Source: Ramazzottius varieornatus (taxonomy: Eukaryota; Animalia; Tardigrada). Taken from it: a stretch of DNA of 64,000 nucleotides. Location: positions 496,001 through 560,000 of the forward strand of contig BDGG01000016.1 of NCBI GenBank assembly GCA_001949185.1, read 5' to 3'. This document shows, piece by piece, positions 1 to 14,600 of this stretch (positions are counted from its first letter, which is position 1; each line of letters opens with the position of its first letter). The notes beneath the pieces were generated by a model. The model worked only from the letters and a program-made list of their open reading frames with translations. It was not told where the DNA came from and made no database searches. Position numbers and translations under genes: made by a program.

Positions 1-104
1 GCACATTTTCGGACTGCGGGTTTTTATCGTTGCAGGATTGGTGACGGCTCTCGGTGCCCCATTGAGCCTGTGGTCTAGATCCAGGGAGAAACCTTTGAGT
101 GGAT

Positions 105-3100
105 ATGGCCAGTATGCAGGTTCGATTCCGAGTAATCGCGACTACCGCGGCGGACGTGATGGTCTTCGTCAGCGGAGGAGCTACAGAACTGGGCAGCTGG
201 AACCACGAAGATGCCGTCCCTCTTACCAAAGATACCCAGGAACGAAATGGAGCTCTGACAGAGGGGCAGTAAGTACCACAATCCATGTGTTTTTCCGTAT
301 GCGATGGGAAGCTTTAGAGTTACTCAGCTATACACACTCAACCCGCGCGGCACTGTTCACGAGTTGCGCGAGTTCGTCGGGGAACCGCTGTGGCTCACAT
401 GACGTTTCCCCGGTGCAGTCGCGCATGGCTTGACGGTTGCGCGCGAGTTTCTCACTATTCAGAAGACTTGATACTACTAGTTGTTTTTCCAGTGTTTTGT
501 TGGCCTGGCACATATTGATATCCAAATATGCCGACAGGCATGCTGGTTGTTTTACAGAGATCTCTGGACAACCACGATTACCCTTCCAGCCGACCATGAC
601 ATTGCCTACCGATACTTCATCGGTACTCAGAACGACTTACCCAACGGCAAGAGTGTTCGTCTGATTCGGCTCTTCGAAACACATCTGGAAGCCAGAACCT
701 TTCACACTCCCGTCACCAATGGACAGGTCCACGATGTCCATCAAGTGCCCGACACGTTCGGTCTCTTGAACGATACGGTACGCGTGAACGATCACTTTGT
801 GAGGAATTAGAATATTAATTTCCTTCTTCGCCAGGTTCGAGTGCAAAGGGGATGGTTGACGCACGAATCGGAGATACATCTGCGCTTTCTGGGCAACGCG
901 ATCTACTGGTGGAAGGCGCGGCATCGAACCAAGACCCACGCCATGAAGATCATCCCCATGGATCTGCGGTATCGCGAGCACGCCAGTGAAGAAGAGGAGG
1001 ACGAGATGAGTTTCCCACATGCACACGAACTGGAAGTGGCGATCTTGAATCAGAAGAACTGCCAGTTCGGGCCTCAGAAGAAGCATGGACAGGTCTTTAC
1101 CGATGACAGCATCGTGTTGTACCGCATGCGAGTTCTCGAACCATGCTTTATGGCGTACAGGTATGTGCTGTAATTACTCTTCCTGCTTGAATTCTTGAAT
1201 TCAACACAGTACTGTAAACATACGTACCATTTTTCTGATACTTTTTTTATGGCAGGTGCGACTTTTACGCCTGGGAGACCACGCCGAGTTCGCCCGAAGA
1301 CGCGGAGAACGAACCGGAACCTCGCCATGTGGGTTGCTGCTACATTCTTCCTCCCAGTGCCAAGGATACGTACGGTGACAGAACAGTCCTCATAAACGGC
1401 CAGAAACATCAGCCCATAGGTAATTCGAAACTGTGGTCACGTGAAACGTTTTCTTGTGACCTTGCCCGTGTGAAGTCGCGCATTTCCGCGCGTCGACACT
1501 CCTTTTTATTCGTTTGAAGTCGCGCATATGTGCGCGAGTGCACTTGGGTCGTTTGATTACCCACTAGTCTTCCGGTTCTTTGCAGGTCAGCTCTTTGTCC
1601 ACTTCATGCAAGTTCAGCCCTGCAAAGAAATCAGCTGTTCGTTGGAAGTCTCGTTCGCCAAATACTGGCGGAAACGGCAGAAGGCCTATGACATTGGCCA
1701 TCGTGGCAGTGGTAACTCCTTCTCGGTCAAAACGCAGTGCGCCAACATTCGTGAAAACACCATCGCGTCGTTGGCTTCCGCTGCTCGTAACGGCGCCGAC
1801 TTTGTCGAGTTTGACGTTCAGCTGTCCAAAGACAAAATACCGGTAAGAGTCAAGTCTCGCTCATCGCTCGTCCATCTTGTTATAGAATACAGAGTAGTAG
1901 CTAAACCCATTCAGAGCAGAATCCGACGTCGGCAAATGTGTTCACTCGGATCGTGTTCCCAACTGGCGCACGGTCCCTGACAATAATATCAAAAATGTAA
2001 GCCAGTTGAGACAACGGTTTGAGTGGAAATCGCGTACGTATCTCCCAAGTACAAAGAAGTAAACAAGAATTGAAGAGCCTACCTAATTTGAGTTATATTC
2101 CAGGTGATTTACCATGACTTCACTTGCTTCATTACCATGCGAAGACGGCACGGTTCGGGTGATAGTACATCCAGTACGTCATCTGTCGGGTCGACTTCCG
2201 GTTCTGACATTGGAGAGCTGTACGAGATGCCGGTGAAAGACCTGACTCTGCAGCAGCTGCACATGTTGAAGCTGAATCATGTCAGTGAGAAAGATGGCAG
2301 TACCAAGTACGACGTCGATGAGGACCACCAGCCTTTTCCTTCACTGGAAGTAGCCCTCAAAAACCTGGATGAGCACACGGGCTTCAACATCGAAGTCAAG
2401 TACCCGCTACCCTATAAGAACGGCAAACACGAAGCTGAGCATTACTTTGAACGCGGAGAGTTTGTCGATCAGATTCTCAAAGTGGTGTACAAGAACGCAC
2501 ATAACCGACGAATCATCTTTTCCTGCTTCGATCCTGACTGTTGTGCCATGTAAGCTTTTCAGTTTATCGTTTCTGTCCTTTTTTTACTTGAATCTCGATA
2601 CATGCGCCAGTTAATGCGGTAGGTAGTATTGCTTTCGTTTGAACCGGCGCACATATACATTGGAAATAATCCAAAAGATGCGAGAGTTGATCGGGGGGAT
2701 ATTGTCTAGTTGCACCAAGGTTGTACGGTATGACGAGCGCGTTTCACGTAAGAATAGCTTACCGTACTAATGAAGGCTCTGTTTCTTTTACATCAGGTTG
2801 CGCGTGAAGCAGAATAAGTACCCGGTGTCTTATTTGACGCACGGTGAGTTGACGTTATGGGAACCGTATGCCGATGCGAGAACCCAGACGACGAGGAACA
2901 CGGTCCACACCGCCATCGCTTACGATCTCATTGGAGTGAACGTTCACACGCTGGTTCGTGCTTTGATTGATGACTTTGTGAAATTATTTTTATTCGTTGT
3001 TGAATGTGAAATTTGTCTTGCAGAATATTTTGGAAAACGAGTGGTTAATGAAAGAAGCCAAGGAAGCTGGCCTGATTGTCATTGTATGGGGCGACGAGAA

Positions 3101-3266
3101 CAACAATCCGGCACTCATCCAGCAGCTTAGTGAACTGGGCGTCGACGGTGTCATTTACGATCGAATTGAAGACTTCAAGGAGGACAAGAACAGTGTCTTC
3201 CGACTGGAATATCAGGCTAAGCGAACACTGCTGGATCAACTGCGCGACGCCGGCTTCTCCCACTAA
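105..3266 (+). CDS. GPCPD1: Glycerophosphocholine phosphodiesterase (GDE5 type; CBM20 + GDPD domain), ~8 coding exons
   Basis: ATG105 opens a CBM20-like segment (VRFRVIATT..VFVSGGATELGSWNHEDAVPL). GDPD motifs follow: DIGHRGSG, RENTIASL, GADFVEFDVQLSKDKIPVIYHD, GFNIEVKYP, IIFSCFDPD, GVDGVIYDRI. Exons are joined by GT-AG introns and end at TAA 3264-3266. Confidence 0.93.
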
Positions 3267-3912
3267 CCCCATCTCCCATGACGGTTTTGAGTTTTAATCT
3301 TTTACTTCCAAGGCTGATTATGCTTTTTTTCCATTGAGATACCCTTCTGTCGTTCACTCCACAGAGAAATTTAGACCAATATATTTATGACGTCATTTGA
3401 ATAATTACCTAACCGCTACTTCTCCGCCAGAGACTGCGAGGGAACTTCTCGCCGGTATCTACCATCGCGTTTGATTTTCTCCATAGCGCGCCATTACAGT
3501 GTGGGTGTTTTTCTCCTCGTTTCTATTTATTTGAGCTTTGGTGTGTGGTGCTCTTCGTCTGTACTTGCCTTTTAGTTCTGCTGACAGTCGCGGTTTCCCG
3601 GTGAATTCGTCACTTCCACCTTTCCAGTGCTGGAGAAGTCCAAGACAAGAAAGAAGGTCTCGGTCAATTAAACTGTCAGCTGATGGTTCCATCACGAGAA
3701 AGCTCAATCATCCGAGTTTAGATCGACAGAAACAATAGGATGAAAATCAAACCAAAAAAACCAAGTCCTGCCAACTGATGTCATTCACTAGGCAGCTATC
3801 ATTCTCGCTCACGAACGACACTTCTACTGTAAAAAACTGCGAGGTTTGTCCGGACAAAATGTGAAACTCGCTTAGGGTCAAAGAGGGATTGGCATGGTCA
3901 AAGTCGCTCTTT

Positions 3913-4909
3913 CTAATCCATCTCAACAGTTCCACCGGCTGCTTCGAGTTGGGCTTTGAGTTTCTCAGCCTCATCTTTGGGTATATCACCACGAACCACC
4001 TGTGGCAGCGACTCGACATACTTCTTGGCCTACAAGTCACAAAACAGCTGCTAGCTCCGTCTGGAACATTCAATTTTTCATGAGATTTTGAAGCGACGAG
4101 CAGCATTCGGAGCAACCGTACCTGTACAAGATTCATGCCTTCAACAAGGCTCTTTATTTCCTTGATCAACTGCACCTTCTTCGTATCGTCGAATTTGGTC
4201 AGTCGGATCGTGAAGGCAGATTTTTCCTTCTTCTTCAGCGTTGCGGCTTCTTCATCCCCCTAGAACACGCCATTTCAAAATCACGATAACGAGCACATAC
4301 TAAACCGTGTTTTCGGAATAACCAACCGCTTGTGGAGCTGCAGCTGCTGCTGCGGGAGCAGCGCTCATGAATGCCTGATCAGGAATCTTCAACGTTTTCT
4401 GTAAAATCAATCCGTGATATTGTAATGTACACGAAAGACTAGAAGAGCAACTCCTCCGAGTACCTTCAACAGTTCGGTGAGGTCCGCCACCTCGGCTAAG
4501 GTAAGCTGCGAAATCTCGTTCACCAACGTCGTGATTTTAGAGGTATGTTGTTTAGCGGCACCGGAAGGTTGAGGTGGCGGAAATGGATCTTCGGTTTCTT
4601 TGGGAAGAGCTTGACTTTGATGCCGTACGCAAACGTTCGCAATAGCAGTACATGCTCCTGGGTTGGGAAAACTCAGAGTACTACCAGCATGAAGGGGCAA
4701 GATTGTCCCAGACCTGCTCAAGAGAATACTGTACAATATTGACTTTACTGTCAACAAACATACATGACTGACTTCGCGCTGGACGTCATACAAACTAACT
4801 GTAAACATTAGCCAAGTATGACGTCACACGTCAACCAGATCCAGGACTGGTATGCCCGGTAACAGCACGTAGGTAACAGTAAACGGCCATTCTTTCGTAT
4901 CAGCAACAT
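3913..4909 (-). CDS. MRPL12: Mitochondrial ribosomal protein L7/L12, multi-exon
   Basis: Spliced peptides [17 protein letters not shown], an Ala-rich hinge, [31 protein letters not shown] and [38 protein letters not shown]. The N-terminus looks like a presequence. The start at 4909 is inferred. Confidence 0.9.
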
Positions 4910-6728
4910 AGCTGAGCTAACCTTACCTTGACGCAAGTCCCCTGCAGTTCTGAAGTATGGAGAAAATCGCTCGGGAAGACATTTCGTGCACGCTAAATTC
5001 GCTGCTGCGGTTTCTACGGCGGTTAATCCACTTCCAGCTCTGCAAGTCACAGCTCAGAATGCACTTCAGCGTATGTACCTTGGGTGTTCCGGTCACAAGG
5101 TTCAAGAACAGTTTCTGTCAAGGATCGAGATCAGACAATTCAGAGAAGTCTGAGAATAGCAAAGTAATCTACAGTTGCGTACAAGAATTTCTGCATAGCA
5201 GGCTTCACAGGGGAGCTCGGACAAAGTCAAAGGCAACCTGCGATGGCGTGCTACTGCGCATGTCAACATGAAGATATGGTAGACCGTTACTTTCAAAGTC
5301 TGAATGAACTGGATGATAATCACGTCATAGACGCACCGGGAGGCTCGCATGGAAAGGGGAAGCTGAGAACCTCTCGACGCTCTCCTCGATCCTTTTGGTT
5401 TGCGACTTCATGTGTTTCCAAATTCCGACGAAAAACCTTAGTAGTCGAAATGCCTTTTCTTGGATCCTTCAAGCGCAAAACGCCGAGCGGGGGCACGTTC
5501 AAATGACTTCCAGTCTTCCGGGTTCGCTGAAGTTCTTTTCAAACGTTACTGTTTCAATGCAGTTTAACACGCAAAAAAAGTCGAGGGCAGAACGTTGGGC
5601 CATTTAATTAACTTAAATAATGAGAATAAACACAACAGCTAAAGAGTATCAAAACAAAATACGCGCATAAAGGAAAACTCAAGCAGATCAAAATGGCATC
5701 GGTCGGGTGTCACCGCGAGTAATATGGTTTTGCATCAAAAAAGAGAAAAACAAACAGCCAAGTATACAACAGAGAACAGAGTATATGCAGTACTGTCACG
5801 CTCTAGAACATCAGTCAACGAGGTATTTTTGTACTTTTGAGAGAAAGAAGGAAGCATCACGTTGCGGGACTACACGGCTAAGCGAGGTACTAAGATATTA
5901 AAGGCTATGGCGTTCACAGGTCAGAAAGCAAAAACGCAGCACAACAGTACAGTAACAGGATCCACAGCCTCTTTCATTCTCCGACTTCCCTTCTTCTATC
6001 CGGCAGGTTCAGGTAGCAAAGTACATCAAAGGAGACAAGTCTGGATAAAGCAGAATAGTGCAACTTGGAACGAGGGAGTAAAGAGCTTCGGATCAGTCGT
6101 TGATTCTTGATTGATCCACAGTTTCCCCAGCTCGTTTGTTCTTCCTCTGGTCAACACAACACCAGTAACAGGATTCAGCAAACAACAGCAACGCTATACA
6201 AACAGTAAACTTGTGCCCATGATGCGCAGCAAAAGGCCATAATAAGGAAGAGGGAATAAGAATAACGTCATAAATAACAAGAAAAAAACACTGGTCGTTA
6301 AAAATTCAAAAAAGCTGCGAAGTTTCTTTTTACCAGTTTTCACAAGATTTTTTTGGCTTGCAACCTTTTAGTCATTATCAACCGCACAGTTATAACCATA
6401 AATGAGCCATAATAATGATAATAAACAGTTTTAGAAACAAAAACCTCTTAGTCAACCAAACCGAAGAAACTTTCTTCCGTCCATCACAGCTCTTTCCACC
6501 TTCTTTCTTTCTGCTCTCTTTTCTCACCGGCACCAGCAAATCAAAGATCCGTCAGTCTGTATAGAAGAGGTCAGGAAGGAATCCAGAACACCAACAGTGA
6601 AGACAACGAGTCAACGAGGAAGAAGAGTAGCAAGAAGAGAACATCGAAACAACACTGTTCACCAGAGGTAGTTCACCAAGGCGCTTACCACAGTAACAGC
6701 CAGACATCACAGACAGGACTTGTCGCTT

Positions 6729-9700
6729 TCAGTATTCGCACTTGACCAGGTTCTTCAGCGAGGAACTGGTCGCCATACCCATGAAGTCACTTCCGTTCGG
6801 CACCAGACTGTGCCCGACATTGCCACCGTTACCCAGACTGCGTAGCGACGAGGAAGAGTGCGCAGTGTGGAGGAGACCGTCGTTCACTACGGGGTAATTG
6901 TTACCAAAGGTGGCGAAACGGTATACGTAAACCTGCAAAGAGACAGCCACCATTAACAACCCAACATTTGGGTGGACGGCAAACGAACTAAGTTAGCAAG
7001 GTTGATCTCCCAGTGGCGCACATTTTGATGTTACTAGCTGAAAGCATGCGTCACTCAGAGAAGCGATCTTGTCAAGTTTTCCAGCGGCGCACCCCTTCAG
7101 CCGATAACACTGGAAATCTGCGCTACTTAGGAAATCAATCTTATCGAGTTCGTTTGCCCAGTTCCGAAAACTTTTTATGAACTTTTTTACCACAGATTTT
7201 CTTTGTTTAAGTCTCACAGAATATTTTGAAAAGTATTTCAGGCCGAAGTGAATATACCTTGTAGTCTTTGCTGGCCAGCACGACGCTGCCTTCATCCATC
7301 AGCGTCACATCAAAGCACTGCGCATGCTTGACTCTGCTTTCGTATGCGCTGATCAACGTTCCGTCCTGAGCAAAGATGGTCAGGTTGAAGTTGTTATGGT
7401 TGTCCGCCACGACGACCTGGCCGCGCTCCGTGATGCACACACCGATGGGGAAGTTGGTAACACCTTCCCCGCCAATCTGACGCAAGAAGATGCCGTGATA
7501 GTTGAAGACCTTGACGCAGTGGGCGCGGTTGTCGGAAATGAAGATCTCCTCGTTGTCATTGGCCGCCACTCCGTTGGGAAACTCCAGGTGCTGCGAGCAG
7601 GAAAACTTGCTGTAGATGCGTCCGTTCGGCTCGAAAATGACCACTCGCATCACTTTACCTGTAACAACAAACAGACAGGTGGTAAACAAAGGCCGCTGTA
7701 ACAGTTTGCTATACCTGCATACTCCTCTTCATTAAGCCAGCCCAACAACGTGTATGCAGGTACGTGCGGAGAAAAGGAAAGCAGTGTTTAAGCACCTGCA
7801 TACCAAACCCACTGTGTACAGCCACGGATCCTCGCATGCATGTGCTCGAAAGAGTTACTTCACTTTAGGTTGTTAACACAACATCTACAGTAAAGGAACA
7901 TCAGAACTTACACTCAACGACGATGACTCTGCCTCGGTGGTCCACCGTGATGCCTCGTGGATGTTGGAGGATATCTGCGCCGAACTTGCGGACGAAGACG
8001 CCGTACTGGTTGTAGACCTGGATCTGATGCGTCGGTGAGCGTTCCGTGACTACGACATCACCGTTCCGCGCCACCGCCACACGGTTGGGGTACAGCATCT
8101 GCCCGTCCCGTTTACCGCACTCGCCAAAAGCAAACTTGAAGCGTCCTTCGTGATCAAAGATCTGCACGCGGTGGTTGTTAGTGTCGGCCACCAGAATGTC
8201 GCGGTTACCGTTGACCGCCACTCCCGACGGCTCGGAAAATTGCCCATCACCCTGAAATCAACTCAAAAAACGTCAGGCTCTAATCCACACCTATCAGCCC
8301 AGCTTGCGCTTCGCAGAAACAAAAAGAAGAAACCCGAAAACTAAGACAGGAAGTTCTCGACGAGCAACGATAAGGTCTAATCGGTTCGAATTTTCAAAAA
8401 AACCCACGTTTTCAGACTTCCAACTCATATTTAATCAATTACTCACCGTGCCAAAGTCGCCGAACTTTGCGACGTAAGCCATCTTGGTCCGACGGATGGT
8501 CTGGCGAGCAGGACTGAGTGGTGGGTAGCCCTTGCTCGAACCGTTGTCGTCGGCCACGATGGTGTCGGCGCTGTTGTTGAAGAATGTGTCGGCGTTGGAC
8601 GAAGCCGAAGATCCTCCGTCAGTCCACACTGATGGCGACTTGTCGTACATGGAAGCACCCAAGTCCGAGTTGGTCGGGACGAAAGGCAGGCTGTACATGG
8701 CGGAAGTCGTCATGTTGCGCTTGACCATGTTGGTGGATGGCAGAGCTCGATCGTAGCCGCTCAACGGATTCATGTTACCTGTCGCACCTGAGAAACCACA
8801 GAAAACCGTGTTTAAAATAACTCACTGAACTTTTCAGTTAGAAATTCAAATAGCGCATAAAACCATATTTGTTTCAACGGTATCCAAGTTTTTGGATTTG
8901 GAAGCTCCGAGACTCGACAGGAACCTTTCGCAAGAGGCGCACTCTGTCGGTCAACAACACGGACAGCGTGCGCCACTGGGAAAACCGACTCCACAAGATT
9001 GTTTCTCTAACTGGCGCAGAAGTTTTATTAGCTAAAATTATGCACCATTTTGGAACACTCTTGTCGAGTTTGTTTGCCGAGCTCCCGTTTTACCACTCAC
9101 AATCCTCAAAGTTAAGAAAGTGATTTTGACTATTTTCAATACTTTGGTCTTAAGGAAGGTTTCAGAAAATGTTTGGAGTGACGGAATGGAATTTAGAAAA
9201 AATTGAAGATTTTTCTGCACCGAAGGGGAAGGTGTTCTGAGCACTGGCCACACCATTGCCAATATCACCCATGCCTCCCATGTTCGCCATGGATGGAATG
9301 GAGCGTTGTGAAGGGCCGTTTATGTTGGTCATTCTCTCCAGACTGTTTCGCTGCTTGACGTTCTGAGCAGTGCGGCCATTGGGGTTGGTTTCCGAGGGAC
9401 TTTTCTTGTGGATGAAGCCGTACGAGTTCTGGACGCTGGACTGGATGGCTTGATAGTTGGTCACGAACTGAATGTCGCCGCTCCAGGCACCGGCACTCTC
9501 CGTCTGGGTCGAGACGATGTTGTCCGTCATGGCCCGCAGTTGACGCTTGAAGAGGAGGACTTCCGCTTCGCTGGCATAGGACAGCAGTCGGTCCATGAAG
9601 TGGCACACATTGGTCAGTCGGCGGTTCGCGTCGGCCAGTCGCTCCTGTGCAACAAACAAGACAACATTCGGAAAAATCTTCTCTTTTGTATGACATACTT

Positions 9701-11621
9701 ACAACATCGTAAAGCCTAAGTCATACAATGTAAAATGATTGGGACAAAATATTAGAAAAAGTTCAATGTAGGATATTTTGAGAAACATCCTTAGTGGAAT
9801 TTTCATCAAGGTTCCAGTTCTGTTGGTAAAGTTAGAGTTCTGTAAATGGCTGATCAATTTTTGAACGAGCCAAGGCTACACTGATTACGTCACGATGACG
9901 TAAAGAGGGTAGCCTGATGCTGGGAGAAAATCTCCAATGGTTACGGTTGCTTCGCATTCCGGATGCAAAATGCTATCAAGATCCTACCAAATTTGTTCCT
10001 TTCACTTGATTTTTACCATACTCGTCGTACCTGCATGATGTTCATGTTGGACTGCTTCTCGTCATACATGTTATCCAGACTTTGCAGCAGTTCATCGCGG
10101 CGTTCCTTGAGGACCTGCCCGTAGAACTGAAAGGTGTCCTCGATGGCAGTCTGGGCCGTGTGGTATCCCGCCGCCATGCGCACTCTGGAAGCTTCGCCAG
10201 CCACTCCGTTCAGCTCTTCGGCCTTTGCTTGTGCGTACTCTTTCATCTGCATCAGTGAAGCAATCTCGCGCTGACCCACCTACGTGAAGAATAGAAAAGT
10301 ATTCAGCTCAACGTGCATCGTTCACCTCGATGAACTAACGCATCATGGACAGAGTTGCGCGGACTCAGATAACCGCCCCGACCGAGTATCGCACAGCGGA
10401 AAAGAGTCAGGGAAGAGACGTTTACGTACCTCGACGATGGTCGTCACTTCGTGAGCCGTTTTGGGATGCCCACTATCCACACAATCTTTACAAACCGGAA
10501 TATCACAGCTTTTACAGAAATACTCCAACCGTTCTGTCGGATGCGCCGGACACGGCACCACTGGCTTCTCGAAAGGATTGAAAACGATGTCTCCACCCGC
10601 CTGCAAAACATGCATTTATTAAAATTTACAGGTTCAATCTCCTCATCGATCATACCTAGCAGCTGCGTTTTCAACAAAATGCGCCACTCATACATCAAAC
10701 AGGATCAAGTGGCGCATCCGAGTAAGATAATTACGTGAGGAATGCGCCACTTCAACCAGCCTACCACCCGACAAAATGGGGCATACATTATCCCAGATGA
10801 AATGGCGCATTCAGCACTTATCCCGAGCGTCAAAATACGCGAGTATTGGAAGTCGAGTGACTTTACCTGAAAACCGAAGGCGTTGCTGGCATTGTTTCGG
10901 AAGTCGTTGAGGGGAAAGACACGATGGCGACTGAAGCAGTGCATCAGCTGGTGAGCGACAACGCACGACGAGCACAGCAAGTTCATGCAGTCGACACACT
11001 GGGCCTGGGCGAACTTGTCCTGGTTCTTGCAGGCCGTGCACAGTAGCGCAGCCCGACTGGCCACACTGCCCACCCCGTTGCTGCCTCCCAACAGACGCAT
11101 CATACCGTAGTCCGGCAGAAGGTCCTTGGGTCCATTGAGGGGAATCTTGGTCAGCATGTGGCACTCGGGACAAGCCAGACGATCACCGCCATCAGCTGCC
11201 ACCAGGTTTTCCAAACACGGTAGGCAGAATGAGTGAAGACACGACAACACCTACAAAACACGTTCTAAAGATTCAACGTTTGTTCCAATTGAATATTCCA
11301 AGGAAACGAGAAACCGACCACAAAAATAATCTGTAAACAATTTCACAACCAAATAAGTAAACGAAAAGTCAAGAGCAAATTGGATAATATAATTTCTAAA
11401 TTTCGAGAGATTTCGGACGTTTTTGCTTAGGGTACCTTTGGTGAGCGGAACGTTTCGGCGCAAACGGTACAATGCAGCTTCATGTCGCTGCCAGCAGAGC
11501 CATGGTCCGACGCAAGCGAATTAGTGGGCGAGGTACGCTGCCCAGTAAGAGAAGAACTACCACAGCCGGCCATATCGTCCGACGACGACAAAGAAGAAGC
11601 ACTTGGAGACAGCGATGTCAT
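6729..11621 (-). CDS. brat: TRIM-NHL protein, brain tumor (Brat/NCL-1) ortholog with RING, two B-boxes, coiled coil and NHL beta-propeller
   Basis: The NHL region (KMAYVAKFGDFG..FSEPSGVAVNGNRDILVADTNNHRVQIFDHEGRFKFAFGECGKRDGQMLYPNRVAV..HAQCFDVTLMDEGSVVLASKDYK) closely follows Drosophila Brat as recalled. Also present: RING CTVC..CLHSFCLPC..CPEC, B-box1 CTAC..CVDC..CSSC..H..H and B-box2 CPAH..CKSC..CKDC..H..H. The start is inferred. Confidence 0.9.
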
Positions 11622-14600
11622 TCTTCGGCCTCTACAACCACAACAACCTACATTATACACTTCCCATCTTCATGAAGCACAACTCAAGGTCGCAACTATA
11701 GAAATGTCCAGCTCAATCAAAAAACTAAACTGCAATATCTTCCCGGATTTCCGGAAGCGGCCAACCAATTGGTGATCGGTCAAATTTATAGCAGTTCAAG
11801 TATCAATATTTGCGATCTAATCTGATTGGAAAGTCATCGAAAGAGCAGAGTAAAAACGAGGTAACAAAATTCCATCCAAAATTCCTTCACAGATTTTCAC
11901 TTCCTGGTTTATCCAGTTCCAGAAGGGTAGCATAAAGGTAAGGATGTGATCTAGTGAGTTTACAGGCTTACCAGGTGGATATTGAGTCCGAAGCCGAATA
12001 AGTTGGTCCACGAAGGCGAAGTCGCGGACAGGTTGGTCGAAGAAAAGAGAAAAGCGCGATTTTCAGCGAAGGACCGATCGTCGCAGTCTTCGTCGTTGGA
12101 AGTCTTGCTTCTTTCAGCTGCTGCTTTCTTCAAGCAATGGGTCGTGCTTGGACATCAAGCCTCATTATCATGAAGCCAAAGATAGGAAAGAGCCTGCAAG
12201 AAAAGAAACAAACGTGTCAGTACGCCGACCGAACAATTAAGCGAAAGACGCTAGTTTTTGCCCATTCTCAATCTCAACAGATTCACACATCAAACAGCAA
12301 AAGGGAACCAGGCCAAGCATGCTCTGCTGTGCACAAGCCGGATTCTGGCGAGCTAGCTCTCAAATACGTACGTACTGTCTTCGTCTGCACAAGAAACAGA
12401 TCGACGCCAAACTGTACCAATTTTTGTACCGCCTTCCAGCCACAACAGAATCAGCCATTAGAACACCTTGATTATACAGTAATAAACATCAATCAGACCT
12501 TCAGAAACCTTCAAACCAAATTATTCAATTTAGGATCTCAAGTGCGATGTCTGAGCACGGCAGAAACCCAGATGCACCACCCACCTACAGCACACCTTAA
12601 CTAACTGGCGCACTACCACGTTGCAAACATTGCGTCCTGCTGCGCGACCCACACAACACCTCCCCCGATCAAGCGGCGCGTGGTCGCACTTGCTACGGAA
12701 AACCAATTGCCTTTCCATTGGTTAAATTTCCGTCCATCGGAGGTTGAAAAAACGCCCGAGAGTATTTCGCAAAGACCAGAAGACTTACCGTGTCCGGAAA
12801 GAACCAATACATTCCTTCCTTGAAACCAGCGCAGAATTTAGAGTTTGTACCGGCGGTTCTTGGGCAGAATTTAGAGAAGTATTGAGATCGAGCAATAGAG
12901 GAGGAGAAGATGCGCATCAGCTGGTGGGTATGGGCATGACTAGTGATGGAGAACGATGTCGAATAGAAGCATAAAGAGTGTCAGTGGTGATGAAGGCGGT
13001 TATGTCATATGTTTGTGCCCATTGCTTTCTCATTATACATCCATCGTAGCTCTTCTATCAACTATCGACGACCCACAGCCCACCAAGGAATGTCTCATCT
13101 GCCACCGAGAATACAGAGATATTATTAAAAGACGCGATGGCGGGGAGTACCTCGTAACACTGTCCTGCGTCTTGACCATAAAAGCGTCGTTTCAAGAAAG
13201 AGACCTACACAGCACAGTAGCACCGAAATTATTAAATCAACACCATTGACGCCGTTGTCCCATTTTCGCCTCAAAGCGCGGGTCAAATGTGAAGTTTCCA
13301 ATCGACCATCGATAAACGTACGACACAAACGACTTTAGGAAATGCCGGGTTCAGCCCATCAAGAAGATGTAACCGACACTTAATCGAGCTCGAGTCTCAT
13401 AACCGACGTTTCCTGTTCCCCTTTTTTTTCCTTCCACGTTTGTTCCCTTGACAGACTGCTGTCCAACCTACTACAAAAAAAGCGAAGAAACCGTTCCAAA
13501 AACCTCAAAACAAAATGCGATCAGTTTGAATGTTTGACCATCGAATCACACCGTACTAAACAATGAAATTAGCGCTGTATCACCTGGCTCCGCCCCCATA
13601 CTAACTGCGTCCATGACAGCTAGACTCCGCCTACCTGTTGTTCTGCAGCCAACTGCAATTAGCTAACGATGATGTGTCCGCCTTTATCGCATTTCATAAA
13701 TTTATTCGGTTTTTTCTGTGATTGATCACGAGCTTCCTGTTGCTTGTGTCACTTGTCTGAAGTTTTTGGACAAGGCATTCAAGGGAGGAAAGCTAGCGAT
13801 CAGTACTAAGGCCAATCAGTCACAGCAAAGCGATCAAGCATTCCAACCACGGACCCTCTTGACTGCGCTCTTCCTCTTCCTTGCATCCTATCCTTGCCCA
13901 ACGGGAGAAACCATTATGCAATCGGCAAAAGCCCTCTGGAATCGATTGTGGTCGTAAATGATGTGCACTCCTTACTTCCCTTCAATTTAGCGACCTTCCT
14001 GGCCGTGCAACCGCGTTGGATCAAACACGTCGTGAGCTGCATGCATGTGGGAAAACCCTCCGTAAAAAACGCGACGCGTTATACAAGTTCCTCCGCCAAT
14101 GCTTGTTGACATGTTTGCTTACGCAATAAATCATCACATTGGCCTTTACAATGACCACCTATCCACTCTTACCTCACTTGCAAAGTCAAGGCTGTACAGA
14201 AACACAAATCCTCCTAATCCATCAGACAAGCGCCTCCGACAGCGACCCGACAATGACTGCATTAAAACAGCAAAAGAAAACTTGAGAACAAACCGGTTGG
14301 TCCTCGAGATAGAATGCAATAGTAATCCAGTAGGACCAAACGATGTCCACTCGAAACGGTCAAGTGATCCAACAGGACAAATCGCCAACGGTCAACAGAT
14401 AAGTCTAAATTCCCACCACCTACGCCGTGCGCACAGTCCAGTAGGCGCAAAGGCTACTCACGCTGGCTATAGTAGGCGGAGGTCCAAGACTGGCCAGTGG
14501 TCACACTGGGACCGCGACGTACGTTAATCAATCGAGGAGTAAGAGTTCTGCCCGATTCGGGTAAACAGTAAAGAGGGCTTGTGACAAAGAAATGTCGGGA

